Notes: generated from the letters alone by a model not told the origin. Numbered from the stretch's first letter, positions 19,754 through 28,372 are shown. The stretch is DNA of 36,946 bases from a virus (IMGVR_UViG_2718218132_000001); one strand, 5' to 3'. Translations and numbers: made by a program.

Positions 19754-20812
19754 TTACGCTCCGGTTTCGGCTGCGGCGGCGCTGAAATCACCAATCTGGA
19801 TGTTTTCCACCAGTGCGGCGCAGCGGTAGTCCTCAACCACATAGGCTTCATTAACGGATTCAAAGTTTTCAATCCGGTCACGTTTCGGGTTGTCGATAAC
19901 TGAACGGCGGCGGGTGTCTTCCTGCCAGTAGATGGACAGGTTATCCAGACGGGTGATCAGCAGCGCATTCGGTGGGAAGAACGGCGCACGCACGGCCTGC
20001 AGGCCACCCATGCGTTTCTGGCTGATGATCATATCGGCAGCCAGTTTTTCACTGTTTTCCTGCTCTTTGTTGACCAGCGGGAAATACTTGTCAGACAACA
20101 GTTCACGACCGCAAATCACCACCAGATCGTCATCGTCCTGGTAAACCACGTCGATAAGCTCATTGACGGCATCCATCACCACAGCGTCCAGGTTGGCATA
20201 TTCGCCACCTTTCCCGACTTTCACCGCACCCGGAGTGGTTTCACCGCCCGTGGTGGTGCTGCCCATGACGTGATCCGGTGCATCCTCACGGATTTTCTGC
20301 AGCCAGCCTTTGTTCACATCCTGCAGCAGCGGGTTTTCGCTACGGTTGGAGGTTTTCGCACGCTTCACGCCGTTAAAGCCGATCATGATGCGGTCCAGTG
20401 CCTGACGTTTCACGATGGCGTCACGGATGCGCACCTGGAAATCCTGAAACTTCGCCCACAGATCCAGCTTCGCGTAGGTCAGCACCGTGTCAAAGTTGGT
20501 CTGCTCGCATTTATATTCCACATCGACCATCAGGGTCGGATCGACGGGTTCACGCTCTTTCGCGGTGGTGTCAGTGGTTCCGGCAATGGTGCTGCCAACA
20601 CCCAGCCCCAGCAGCTGACCGGACTGCTCAGTCACTGGCGTGACGTTAATCAGCGTCAGGAAAGCGGCGGACTGCTGGATCTGGTCCTCCAGCGTCTGCT
20701 GCACAGACGGCTCCACAGTGAATTTGCTGGACAGTTCTTCAACTGCCACACCGTTCAGACGCGCCAGCTGCTGCAGGTAAGCGTTAAAAGCAAAGCGGGT
20801 ATTCTTCTTCAT
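19754..20812 (-). CDS. N: Major capsid protein (gpN)
   Basis: 352-aa ORF; P2 gpN family; between O and M. Confidence 0.9.
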   Translation of the reverse strand: MKKNTRFAFNAYLQQLARLNGVAVEELSSKFTVEPSVQQTLEDQIQQSAAFLTLINVTPVTEQSGQLLGLGVGSTIAGTTDTTAKEREPVDPTLMVDVEYKCEQTNFDTVLTYAKLDLWAKFQDFQVRIRDAIVKRQALDRIMIGFNGVKRAKTSNRSENPLLQDVNKGWLQKIREDAPDHVMGSTTTGGETTPGAVKVGKGGEYANLDAVVMDAVNELIDVVYQDDDDLVVICGRELLSDKYFPLVNKEQENSEKLAADMIISQKRMGGLQAVRAPFFPPNALLITRLDNLSIYWQEDTRRRSVIDNPKRDRIENFESVNEAYVVEDYRCAALVENIQIGDFSAAAAETGA

Positions 20813-20828
20813 CGGGTTTTGTGCTCCA

Positions 20829-21662
20829 TCAGCAATTGGTCAGAGTGTCAGCGGGGGCGTTACCGCCTGTTGCACGCTGGCGGTAGTCCTGGCGGCTGTC
20901 TTCATGACTCAGCTTATTCACCAGTTCGTTAAAGGCGGTCTGCTGTGCCTGCAGGGCAGTCTCCAGCTCAGACAGACGTTCTTCCTGCTCAGACAGGGAT
21001 TTTTCGGTGCGTGCGCTCAGGTTCTGCTGCTCAGTGGCGACCAGCTCCACGGCCTTATGCACATCAGAGAACCGGGCGTCATCGGACTGCTCTTTTTTGG
21101 TAAACAGCGCCGTGACGCGGGCAAACAGGGACGGTTTGTCGTCCTGGATTTCTTCCAGTTCGATCACCGTTTCCTCTGCAGCGGTAAAGAGATTGGCAGG
21201 ATTCTGCTTGCGGTTTGCCAGCGGGTTATGGGCTGCACTGGCGCTGAATGTCAGCATTTCCGTACCCAGACTGGCAGGGTCATCAGTGGCCGCCAGGCCG
21301 ACCAGATAGGCTTTGCCCGTATCAGCGAACTTCGGGCTGACTTCCATAGAGGTGAATAATTTCTGGCCTTTTTTCACCAGTTCCACCAGGGACTCCGTTG
21401 GCTCAACGTCGGCATACAGCGCCATCTTGCCTGCCAGCGGACCTTCCGTGATTTCTTCAGCAAACAGCGCCGTCACCTTGCCGTAGCGGTTAAAGGTGCT
21501 GTCCGGCAGATAAGACTTGATGTGCTCAAGGTTAATCAGCGCGGTATACACCGCCGGGTTGTAGCTGGCTGCCATCTGTTCCAGCCATTCACGCTGGATT
21601 TCGCGTCCGTCGGTGGTGGCACCTTCCACCCCGATGCGAAAACGCTTTGCTTTCACTGTCAT
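20829..21662 (-). CDS. O: Capsid scaffolding protein (gpO)
   Basis: 277-aa ORF, divergent from the terminase gene P. Confidence 0.85.
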   Translation of the reverse strand: MTVKAKRFRIGVEGATTDGREIQREWLEQMAASYNPAVYTALINLEHIKSYLPDSTFNRYGKVTALFAEEITEGPLAGKMALYADVEPTESLVELVKKGQKLFTSMEVSPKFADTGKAYLVGLAATDDPASLGTEMLTFSASAAHNPLANRKQNPANLFTAAEETVIELEEIQDDKPSLFARVTALFTKKEQSDDARFSDVHKAVELVATEQQNLSARTEKSLSEQEERLSELETALQAQQTAFNELVNKLSHEDSRQDYRQRATGGNAPADTLTNC

Positions 21663-21740
21663 GAGCCGTGCTCCGTTAGAAAAAACTTACTGGAGCCTTA
21701 TGGTTGCGGTGATGGGGGCAGTGAAACAATGCGCGGTATT

Positions 21741-21758
21741 TGTACCGACAACCACACA
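21741..21758. promoter_or_regulatory. Ogr-dependent late promoter element (TGT-N12-ACA) in the divergent O/P control region
   Basis: TGTACCGACAACCACACA lies between the O and P start codons. Confidence 0.5.
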
Positions 21759-21804
21759 AACCGCAGGCGGGGAAAGCCGTCATTCAAGGCTGTAGGTTTG
21801 TGCC

Positions 21805-23571
21805 ATGAACACCACACTGACACCCGCAGATCTCGATCCCCGTCGGCAGGCCATGCTGCTGTACTTTCAGGGATACCGCGTAGCCCGCATTGCTGAAATG
21901 CTGGGCGAGAAAGTTGCAACCGTTCACAGCTGGAAAAAACGCGACAAGTGGGGTGACTATGGGCCGCTGGATCAGATGCAGCTCACCACCGCCGCACGTT
22001 ACTGCCAGCTCATTATGAAGGAGCACAAAGAAGGGAAAGATTTCAAAGAAATTGATCTGCTGGCGCGCCAGTCGGAGCGCCACGCGCGGATCGGCAAGTT
22101 TAACAATGGCGGCAACGAAGCCGATTTAAACCCTAACGTCGCCAACCGCAACAAAGGCCTGCGCCGTCAGCCTGAAAAGAATGTTTTCACCGATGAACAG
22201 ATTGAGAAGCTGGAAGAAATCTTCCATTCCTCCATGTTCAACTACCAGCGTCACTGGTGGGAAGCCGGAAAAACTAACCGCATCCGCAACCTGCTGAAGT
22301 CACGCCAGATCGGCGCGACCTTCTATTTTGCCCGTGAAGCCCTGATTGACGCCCTGCTAACCGGACGTAACCAGATTTTCCTTTCTGCCAGTAAGGCACA
22401 GGCGCACGTCTTTAAGCAGTACATCATCGACTTCGCCAAAGAAGTGGAAGTGGAGCTGAAAGGCGATCCGATGGTGCTTCCCAACGGGGCCACACTGTAT
22501 TTCCTCGGCACCAATGCCCGCACTGCCCAGAGTTACCACGGCAACCTGTATCTGGATGAATATTTCTGGATACCGAAATTCCAGGAGCTGCGCAAAGTGG
22601 CTTCCGGTATGGCTATTCACAAAAAATGGCGACAAACCTATTTTTCCACGCCATCCAGCCTGACCCACAGTGCTTATCCGTTCTGGTCCGGTGCGCTGTT
22701 CAACCGTGGACGCAACAAAGCCGACAAGGTGGACATCGACCTGTCCCACAGCAATCTGGCCCCCGGCCTGCTGTGCGCAGACGGGCAATACCGCCAGATA
22801 GTCACCGTAGAAGATGCGGTGCGCGGCGGCTGTAACCTGTTCGACCTTGACCAGTTGCGCATGGAATACAGCCCGGACGAATACCAGAACCTGCTGATGT
22901 GTGAGTTCGTGGACGATCTCGCGTCCGTGTTCCCGCTCAGCGAGCTGCAGGCGTGCATGGTGGACAGTTGGGAAGTCTGGACCGACTTTCATGCACTGGC
23001 CCTGCGCCCGTTTGGCTGGCGCGAAGTGTGGATCGGTTATGACCCGGCAAAAGGTACGCAGAACGGCGACAGCGCCGGATGCGTGGTGGTGGCACCGCCA
23101 GCCGTGCCGGGCGGTAAGTTCCGCATTCTTGAGCGTCACCAGTGGCGCGGAATGGACTTCCGCGCCCAGGCTGACGCCATCAAAAAACTGACCGAACAGT
23201 ATAACGTGACCTATATCGGCATCGACTCGACCGGCGTCGGTCACGGGGTTTACGAGAACGTGAAAGCGTTTTTTCCTGCCGTCCGGGAGTTTGTCTACAA
23301 CCCCAACGTTAAAAACGCCCTGGTACTCAAGGCCTACGACATTATCAGTCACCGCCGCCTGGAATTTGACGCCGGACACACCGACATTGCGCAGTCATTC
23401 ATGGCAATCCGTCGCGCCACCACCGCCAGCGGCAACCGCCCGACCTATGAAGCCAGCCGCAGCGAAGAAGCCAGCCATGCCGATCTGGCCTGGGCAACAA
23501 TGCACGCACTGTTTAACGAACCGCTGCAGGGCGAGTCCGCCAATGCCAGCAATATTGTGGAGATTTTTTGA
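21805..23571 (+). CDS. P: Terminase ATPase/large subunit (gpP)
   Basis: 588-aa ORF; P2 gpP family; divergent from O and overlapping the Q start. Confidence 0.9.
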   Translation: MNTTLTPADLDPRRQAMLLYFQGYRVARIAEMLGEKVATVHSWKKRDKWGDYGPLDQMQLTTAARYCQLIMKEHKEGKDFKEIDLLARQSERHARIGKFNNGGNEADLNPNVANRNKGLRRQPEKNVFTDEQIEKLEEIFHSSMFNYQRHWWEAGKTNRIRNLLKSRQIGATFYFAREALIDALLTGRNQIFLSASKAQAHVFKQYIIDFAKEVEVELKGDPMVLPNGATLYFLGTNARTAQSYHGNLYLDEYFWIPKFQELRKVASGMAIHKKWRQTYFSTPSSLTHSAYPFWSGALFNRGRNKADKVDIDLSHSNLAPGLLCADGQYRQIVTVEDAVRGGCNLFDLDQLRMEYSPDEYQNLLMCEFVDDLASVFPLSELQACMVDSWEVWTDFHALALRPFGWREVWIGYDPAKGTQNGDSAGCVVVAPPAVPGGKFRILERHQWRGMDFRAQADAIKKLTEQYNVTYIGIDSTGVGHGVYENVKAFFPAVREFVYNPNVKNALVLKAYDIISHRRLEFDAGHTDIAQSFMAIRRATTASGNRPTYEASRSEEASHADLAWATMHALFNEPLQGESANASNIVEIF

Positions 23572-24602
23572 TGGGAAAGAGTAAGAAGAACCGCGCTGCG
23601 TCGACGAACCAGAACCAGCATAAAAGCCAGACTTCAGCCGAAGCATTCAGCTTCGGTGATCCCGTTCCTGTTCTGGACCGCCGCGAACTGCTGGACTATG
23701 TGGAATGCGTACAGATGGATCGCTGGTATGAGCCGCCCGTCAGCTTTGACGGACTGGCACGAACCTTCCGCGCCGCCGTGCATCACAGCTCACCGATTGC
23801 GGTGAAATGCAACATTTTGACCAGCACCTACATCCCTCACCCGCTGCTCAGCCAGCAGGCTTTTTCGCGTTTTGTGCAGGACTATCTGGTTTTTGGTAAC
23901 GCCTACCTGGAGAAACGCACGAACCGCTTCGGTGAAGTTATCGCCCTTGAGCCTGCGCTGGCAAAATACACCCGACGCGGGTTAGACCTAGATACCTACT
24001 GGTTTGTGCAATACGGTATGACAACCCAGCCATATCAGTTCACGAAAGGCAGCATTTTTCATCTGATGGAACCGGACATTAACCAGGAGATCTACGGCTT
24101 GCCCGGCTATCTTTCTGCCATTCCGTCCGCCCTGCTCAATGAGTCCGCCACGCTGTTCCGTCGAAAGTATTACATTAACGGCAGTCATGCTGGCTTCATC
24201 ATGTATATGACCGACGCCGCGCAGAACCAGGAAGATGTGAACAACCTCCGCAACGCGATGAAAAGCGCCAAAGGTCCAGGCAACTTCCGCAACCTGTTTA
24301 TGTACTCGCCTAACGGCAAAAAGGACGGGCTTCAGATCATCCCGCTGTCAGAAGTCGCAGCGAAGGATGAATTTCTGAACATCAAGAACGTGAGCCGGGA
24401 CGACATGATGGCGGCACACCGTGTGCCACCGCAAATGATGGGGATTATGCCGAGCAATGTAGGTGGGTTTGGAGATGTGGAGAAGGCCAGTCTGGTATTT
24501 GTACGTAATGAATTAATTTATCTACAAGGGCGATTAAAAGAAGTTAATTCTTGGGTGGGCGAAAAAATTATTTCATTCACCCAATACACTTTAGATAATT
24601 AA
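23568..24602 (+). CDS. Q: Portal protein (gpQ)
   Basis: 344-aa ORF, same length as P2 gpQ; downstream of P. Confidence 0.9.
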   Translation: MMGKSKKNRAASTNQNQHKSQTSAEAFSFGDPVPVLDRRELLDYVECVQMDRWYEPPVSFDGLARTFRAAVHHSSPIAVKCNILTSTYIPHPLLSQQAFSRFVQDYLVFGNAYLEKRTNRFGEVIALEPALAKYTRRGLDLDTYWFVQYGMTTQPYQFTKGSIFHLMEPDINQEIYGLPGYLSAIPSALLNESATLFRRKYYINGSHAGFIMYMTDAAQNQEDVNNLRNAMKSAKGPGNFRNLFMYSPNGKKDGLQIIPLSEVAAKDEFLNIKNVSRDDMMAAHRVPPQMMGIMPSNVGGFGDVEKASLVFVRNELIYLQGRLKEVNSWVGEKIISFTQYTLDN

Positions 24603-24653
24603 ATAACAATAAACCCGGTAAACCTTAAACATTGAAAAAGTGTTTGAGGTTAT

Positions 24654-24968
24654 TTAGTTTCTATAATTAGAAATATAGTCATCCATTTTAGCCTGCTCTA
24701 TGATTCCACTATTTTTAATATACAAAACATTTGCCCAATCAAAATACTCACAAAGAATAACAATCATAGTCAAAAGCTTTTCATCAGTCATATTTATTAA
24801 CAGCTCATATTGTTCAGCTTTTTTTTCACTTTCAACTTTATCATCTATCAACTTCACCAAAAGATAAAATCTTCTTACCAAAGAGAAAAAATGATCATCA
24901 ACATCTAAACTTTCCAACCATGCAATGATTCTTTTCTTTTCTATTCCAGCTCTAACCAAGATGCTCAA
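24654..24968 (-). CDS. Hypothetical protein; probable C-terminal part of the upstream membrane protein, split by a frameshift at a G8 tract
   Basis: Starts only with TTG; its frame is open upstream to 25040 and a 1-nt change in the G8 tract (25032..25039) joins it to ORF 24986..25399. Confidence 0.45.
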   Translation of the reverse strand: MSILVRAGIEKKRIIAWLESLDVDDHFFSLVRRFYLLVKLIDDKVESEKKAEQYELLINMTDEKLLTMIVILCEYFDWANVLYIKNSGIIEQAKMDDYISNYRN

Positions 24969-24985
24969 GTTATCATCAATGAAAG

Positions 24986-25399
24986 TTATAGCATTATTAG
25001 ATCTATACTCAATAAGTGTAGGTTCTTTGGTCCCCCCCCTTTACTTTCATCATCATTATCTGCTCCATTACCGATTACAATACGCAATTTATTATAATTA
25101 GAATCTTGAGATTCAATTAGACAGAAAAACCTCACTTCAAATTTTTTGTAATCTTCAAGTAACTCTTGTCTTTTTATCTCTTGTTTCAATGTTGAGTTAG
25201 ACTGCACTTGTAAAGTTACAGAGCGAATCAGCAGGCAAATCGAGATAAAACTTAGTATAGGATTCAGGACCCCACCCATGAAGTCCCCAAATTGCCCCCA
25301 AACATCAGCATCTTGAGTACTTAAGTACCAGGGGCCAAACTTAATACAATAAACCCCCAAAACTATTATTATAAGAGCTAAACAAATTATTTTTAACAT
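24986..25399 (-). CDS. Hypothetical membrane protein (two N-terminal TM helices); N-terminal part of a probably frameshifted roughly 250-aa gene
   Basis: ATG lies 1 nt after the stop of the upstream gene; hydrophobic N-terminus; low GC; ends shortly after the G8 tract. Confidence 0.55.
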   Translation of the reverse strand: MLKIICLALIIIVLGVYCIKFGPWYLSTQDADVWGQFGDFMGGVLNPILSFISICLLIRSVTLQVQSNSTLKQEIKRQELLEDYKKFEVRFFCLIESQDSNYNKLRIVIGNGADNDDESKGGGPKNLHLLSIDLIML

Positions 25400-25400
25400 C

Positions 25401-26219
25401 TTACTGCACCGTATGCACTAAATATTTCACAGTTTCCCCACTGTTAATTATTACCCGACTTACAGTCAGTTCAAGATAAATATAACCAGCAGTGGAAGGC
25501 GGATTATTTACATGTAAGTTAGCCGAAATCATTCTTTTTTGAGCTGGAATGATGACACGTAAGGGGCTATAAAACCCAAATGCCACCGTATCATTTTCGC
25601 CCTCAAGAACAAGCCTACCATTGCCAGTGCGAGCATTAAATCTTGTAATATAAGCCCTGATTACTTCAGTCTTTTTTAAAACACGTGATGTGAATAAATT
25701 TGTTGCAGTAGATGTATCTAATTCAATTACTTTTTTCTTATCATGGGCACGCTGTTTAAAATTTAACTCGATATTATAGTTTTTTTTGAGGTTAATTTCA
25801 TGCATTCTTTTTAGAGGAGCTCGAATACGACCTATCAACTCATCCTCAATATCCGATAAACCTTTAACTACTTCTTCCGCTTCATTGGAAAGTTCGCGAC
25901 TCTCTAAATATAATGATTGCGAAATAAAGAAACTCATCACTTCATTAAATACTGGTTTAGATATTTTGCGAAGTTCTGATACCAGTTCAGCATCATTAAT
26001 AACCAAGTCAAAATTTTGACCATAAGAACCGGTGAAATTCCTCTTGAGTACAGCCCTTGCAGGATTTACATGAGAGCGGCGCTTTATTATTACTTTCCTA
26101 AGTATAGCCTCCGCCAACAAGCAAGTAACCTCTGCAGTTCCTGCAAGCGTGTCGAGACCGTATTCCATATCTACTTCATCATCGCCGCTTTTGATAATAA
26201 CATCGTAATTAACTCGCAT
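25401..26219 (-). CDS. Hypothetical protein (272 aa), first gene of an AT-rich cargo operon between portal Q and cos
   Basis: AAGGAAAG RBS 5 nt before the ATG; candidate -35 TTGACT upstream; no family recognised by eye. Confidence 0.6.
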   Translation of the reverse strand: MRVNYDVIIKSGDDEVDMEYGLDTLAGTAEVTCLLAEAILRKVIIKRRSHVNPARAVLKRNFTGSYGQNFDLVINDAELVSELRKISKPVFNEVMSFFISQSLYLESRELSNEAEEVVKGLSDIEDELIGRIRAPLKRMHEINLKKNYNIELNFKQRAHDKKKVIELDTSTATNLFTSRVLKKTEVIRAYITRFNARTGNGRLVLEGENDTVAFGFYSPLRVIIPAQKRMISANLHVNNPPSTAGYIYLELTVSRVIINSGETVKYLVHTVQ

Positions 26220-26255
26220 TTTCTTTCCTTACGAAAATAATTGCTTCCATTTTGG

Positions 26256-26284
26256 GATTAATCTTAAATTAGCATAGCAGTCAA
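26256..26284 (-). promoter_or_regulatory. Candidate sigma70 promoter for cargo operon 1 (-35 TTGACT, 17-bp spacer, -10 TTAATC)
   Basis: Hexamers read directly on the minus strand about 35 to 65 nt upstream of the 25401..26219 start codon. Confidence 0.3.
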
Positions 26285-26323
26285 TGTTTTTGAACAGCAT
26301 AATCCTAAAAGCGGTAGCGCGCG

Positions 26324-26342
26324 CTCGTATCCCCGCCACGCC
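26324..26342 (-). other. Candidate cos site (cohesive-end region)
   Basis: Minus-strand GGCGTGGCGGGGATACGAG resembles the 19-nt cohesive ends of 186 and P2 as I recall them (first 13 nt match my recollection of 186). Confidence 0.4.
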
Positions 26343-26458
26343 TGCCCGCTTTATGTAGTAGTTTTCATGCAGGTGCATGATCTACGCGAAAGCCCGCCAA
26401 TTCTGGCGGCCCTAGCAAAAACGATCCTCAAACGATCATGCGATCTCATGCAGCATAG

Positions 26459-27301
26459 TCATGCACGATCATTTGACTCAGCATCTGCTGCACGCTTGCT
26501 GCGCGAAGATGCACTTTTACTATCAATCTTTCGACAGTTCTTTCTATCCCTGGCTTCATTTTCTTTAAATTTGTTATATGTCTCAGTATCAAAAAACGAA
26601 ATTGTTTCAACCTCATCTTTTGGTATGAGCACACGGAAATCTTCGATATTAAGCCGAGACATTCCACTTATCACACCACTATCAAGATAATGTTGGTGAT
26701 AGTTAGTCGTGATACTAATCGTTAGATCATCTTTATCCCGATATCCGCTTAACATCGGGAGAAGTTCAAGGTGCTCTGAAAGCCCGTTTTCTAACGCCGG
26801 ACAAGTAACAAGACCAACATAGATTTTGCGAGACGACAGAGTTGCTATGATCGGAAACTGTCTTGCGGACGCTTCCATGAGTAATGATTCGAAAGCGTTA
26901 TTACCCACAGCTTTAGCTAAGGCATCCCAGCGACGATCTCCACGTGATGTGCGTAACTTATTTCCAAAACCTGAAATCGCAGCGAGGACAATTGAAATCA
27001 TAACCCATGCTATCTGTTTGATTTCATTTATTCTTTGAAGTTTGTCTTTCGATGAAGACAACATGCCATTAAAACTGTCAGGTGTTAGATTCAAGGCATT
27101 AGCCAGCCAACGAAACCCTCCGCTGACGTTCAAAATAAAGGTGAAAAAACCGCCAAGGAGAAAAAAAACGATACCCCAGGCAGCCACAAAAAAATAAGCG
27201 TCCCAGCCGTTGGAACGCTTATATCGGTATCTTGTTGAAAGTGATAGGTTTACATAAATAAAACCACTAACCAAAATCACTGCTAAAAGTAATGTTGCCA
27301 T
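26459..27301 (-). CDS. Hypothetical polytopic membrane protein (280 aa) with a soluble C-terminal domain
   Basis: Three to four N-terminal hydrophobic helices; translationally coupled (TAATG) to the upstream 71-aa ORF; AT-rich. Confidence 0.6.
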   Translation of the reverse strand: MATLLLAVILVSGFIYVNLSLSTRYRYKRSNGWDAYFFVAAWGIVFFLLGGFFTFILNVSGGFRWLANALNLTPDSFNGMLSSSKDKLQRINEIKQIAWVMISIVLAAISGFGNKLRTSRGDRRWDALAKAVGNNAFESLLMEASARQFPIIATLSSRKIYVGLVTCPALENGLSEHLELLPMLSGYRDKDDLTISITTNYHQHYLDSGVISGMSRLNIEDFRVLIPKDEVETISFFDTETYNKFKENEARDRKNCRKIDSKSASSRSKRAADAESNDRA

Positions 27302-27516
27302 TATCTGGTTCTATTAGTTTTCTCTTTTACAGTGCTCGTTTTGATGCCTTCAAGCTTATCCATCTGTGCCTTGATGGCATCCATTGCTCTTTTGTTAGAC
27401 AAGTCTACGGACACAAAACCATCTTTACTAAGATTGAGTTTGTCCTGGTTCTCTTTAAGAACCCTTGCCAGACGTTCAACTGGGTTACCCAGGCTAAATG
27501 CGGCGATGCTTGACAT
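27301..27516 (-). CDS. Hypothetical small protein (71 aa), first gene of cargo operon 2
   Basis: ORF whose stop overlaps the start of the membrane-protein gene; basic C-terminus; no family recognised. Confidence 0.5.
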   Translation of the reverse strand: MSSIAAFSLGNPVERLARVLKENQDKLNLSKDGFVSVDLSNKRAMDAIKAQMDKLEGIKTSTVKEKTNRTR

Positions 27517-27786
27517 AACTCCCCCTTTTCACATGGCGCGGAAGTCTACACTCCGACGCCTACAACCTCAACAGATTATCTTTAAAATTTAGACAACAAT
27601 ATCATCTGTTGATTGCGTTACTTAAACTTAAGTTCAATGCGCTCGATCATGCAAGCTGTTTCTTAAGAACTGTTAATTTCCTAGCATATATAGTGGTTAA
27701 GGTAACAAATTGACACTAACGCCTCGCATAGCTCGTTGTTCAACCTTGCTGACGCCAGAAGCAAGTTCAGACGCCAGCAACGTTTC

Positions 27787-28020
27787 TTAATGCAGCCAGC
27801 TGTCGTCTTCCCACACCTTCTGCATAATTTTCATCACTTGTTTTCTTTCTTCGTCCAGTTGCAATCCGGTCAGTTCCACACCGTTAGAGCTACCTTTGCG
27901 GATACGAATTACCGTTTTGGGATACAGAGGACGCAGATTGCGGTAAAGCTCGGATTCAAGGGCGTCCAGGGTAGACTGGCTAATCTTCTGCTCTTTATCG
28001 ATCATTATTTCAATGCGCAT
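27787..28020 (-). CDS. DinI-family protein
   Basis: 77 aa; MRIEIMIDKEQKIS...ALESELYRNL...MKIMQKVWEDDSWLH closely parallels E. coli DinI as I recall it. Confidence 0.8.
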   Translation of the reverse strand: MRIEIMIDKEQKISQSTLDALESELYRNLRPLYPKTVIRIRKGSSNGVELTGLQLDEERKQVMKIMQKVWEDDSWLH

Positions 28021-28031
28021 AAAAAGTCACC

Positions 28032-28220
28032 TCAACTGATGACATCCATTGAGCGGTTGTATTCGTGGGTTCTGATTTTTGCCATGAGTTCATCTGTTAG
28101 TTCAGAAACCCACTGCAAAGCCAGCCCCTTCTCTTCATCACTACACTCACTAGCCGCTACAAGCTTAAGAAAAAAATCAATGCGCTGGAGCTTCAAAGAC
28201 TCCAAAAAATAGTCCTGCAT
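28032..28220 (-). CDS. Hypothetical small protein at the position of the 186 tum antirepressor; LexA-controlled
   Basis: Strong RBS (AGGAGGAAAG), with a CTGT-N8-ACAG LexA box 44 nt upstream of the start codon. Confidence 0.5.
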   Translation of the reverse strand: MQDYFLESLKLQRIDFFLKLVAASECSDEEKGLALQWVSELTDELMAKIRTHEYNRSMDVIS

Positions 28221-28263
28221 CTTTCCTCCTATGACACCAAAGCAATACTGTATACATAACCAC

Positions 28264-28279
28264 TGTTTATATTTACAGT
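28264..28279. promoter_or_regulatory. LexA operator (SOS box) CTGTTTATATTTACAG
   Basis: Perfect CTGT-N8-ACAG with an AT-rich spacer; a second weaker half-site lies at 28250..28261. Confidence 0.6.
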
Positions 28280-28372
28280 ATATAATAATCTTACTGATGT
28301 AAAACGTTTTTTTACGTTCATCAGCCTGATATGCCTGGTATTATTAAGAGCACGAATTGTTAACCCGCGTAA

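Noticed and set aside
22357-23379. 340-aa minus-strand ORF
   Set aside because: Antisense to terminase gene P, which has a confident family assignment; shadow ORF.
26367-26690. 107-aa plus-strand ORF across the cos/GATC region
   Set aside because: Overlaps the 3' end of the 280-aa membrane-protein gene on the opposite strand and the cos-like region; the reading frame is probably an artefact of the repeat-rich sequence.
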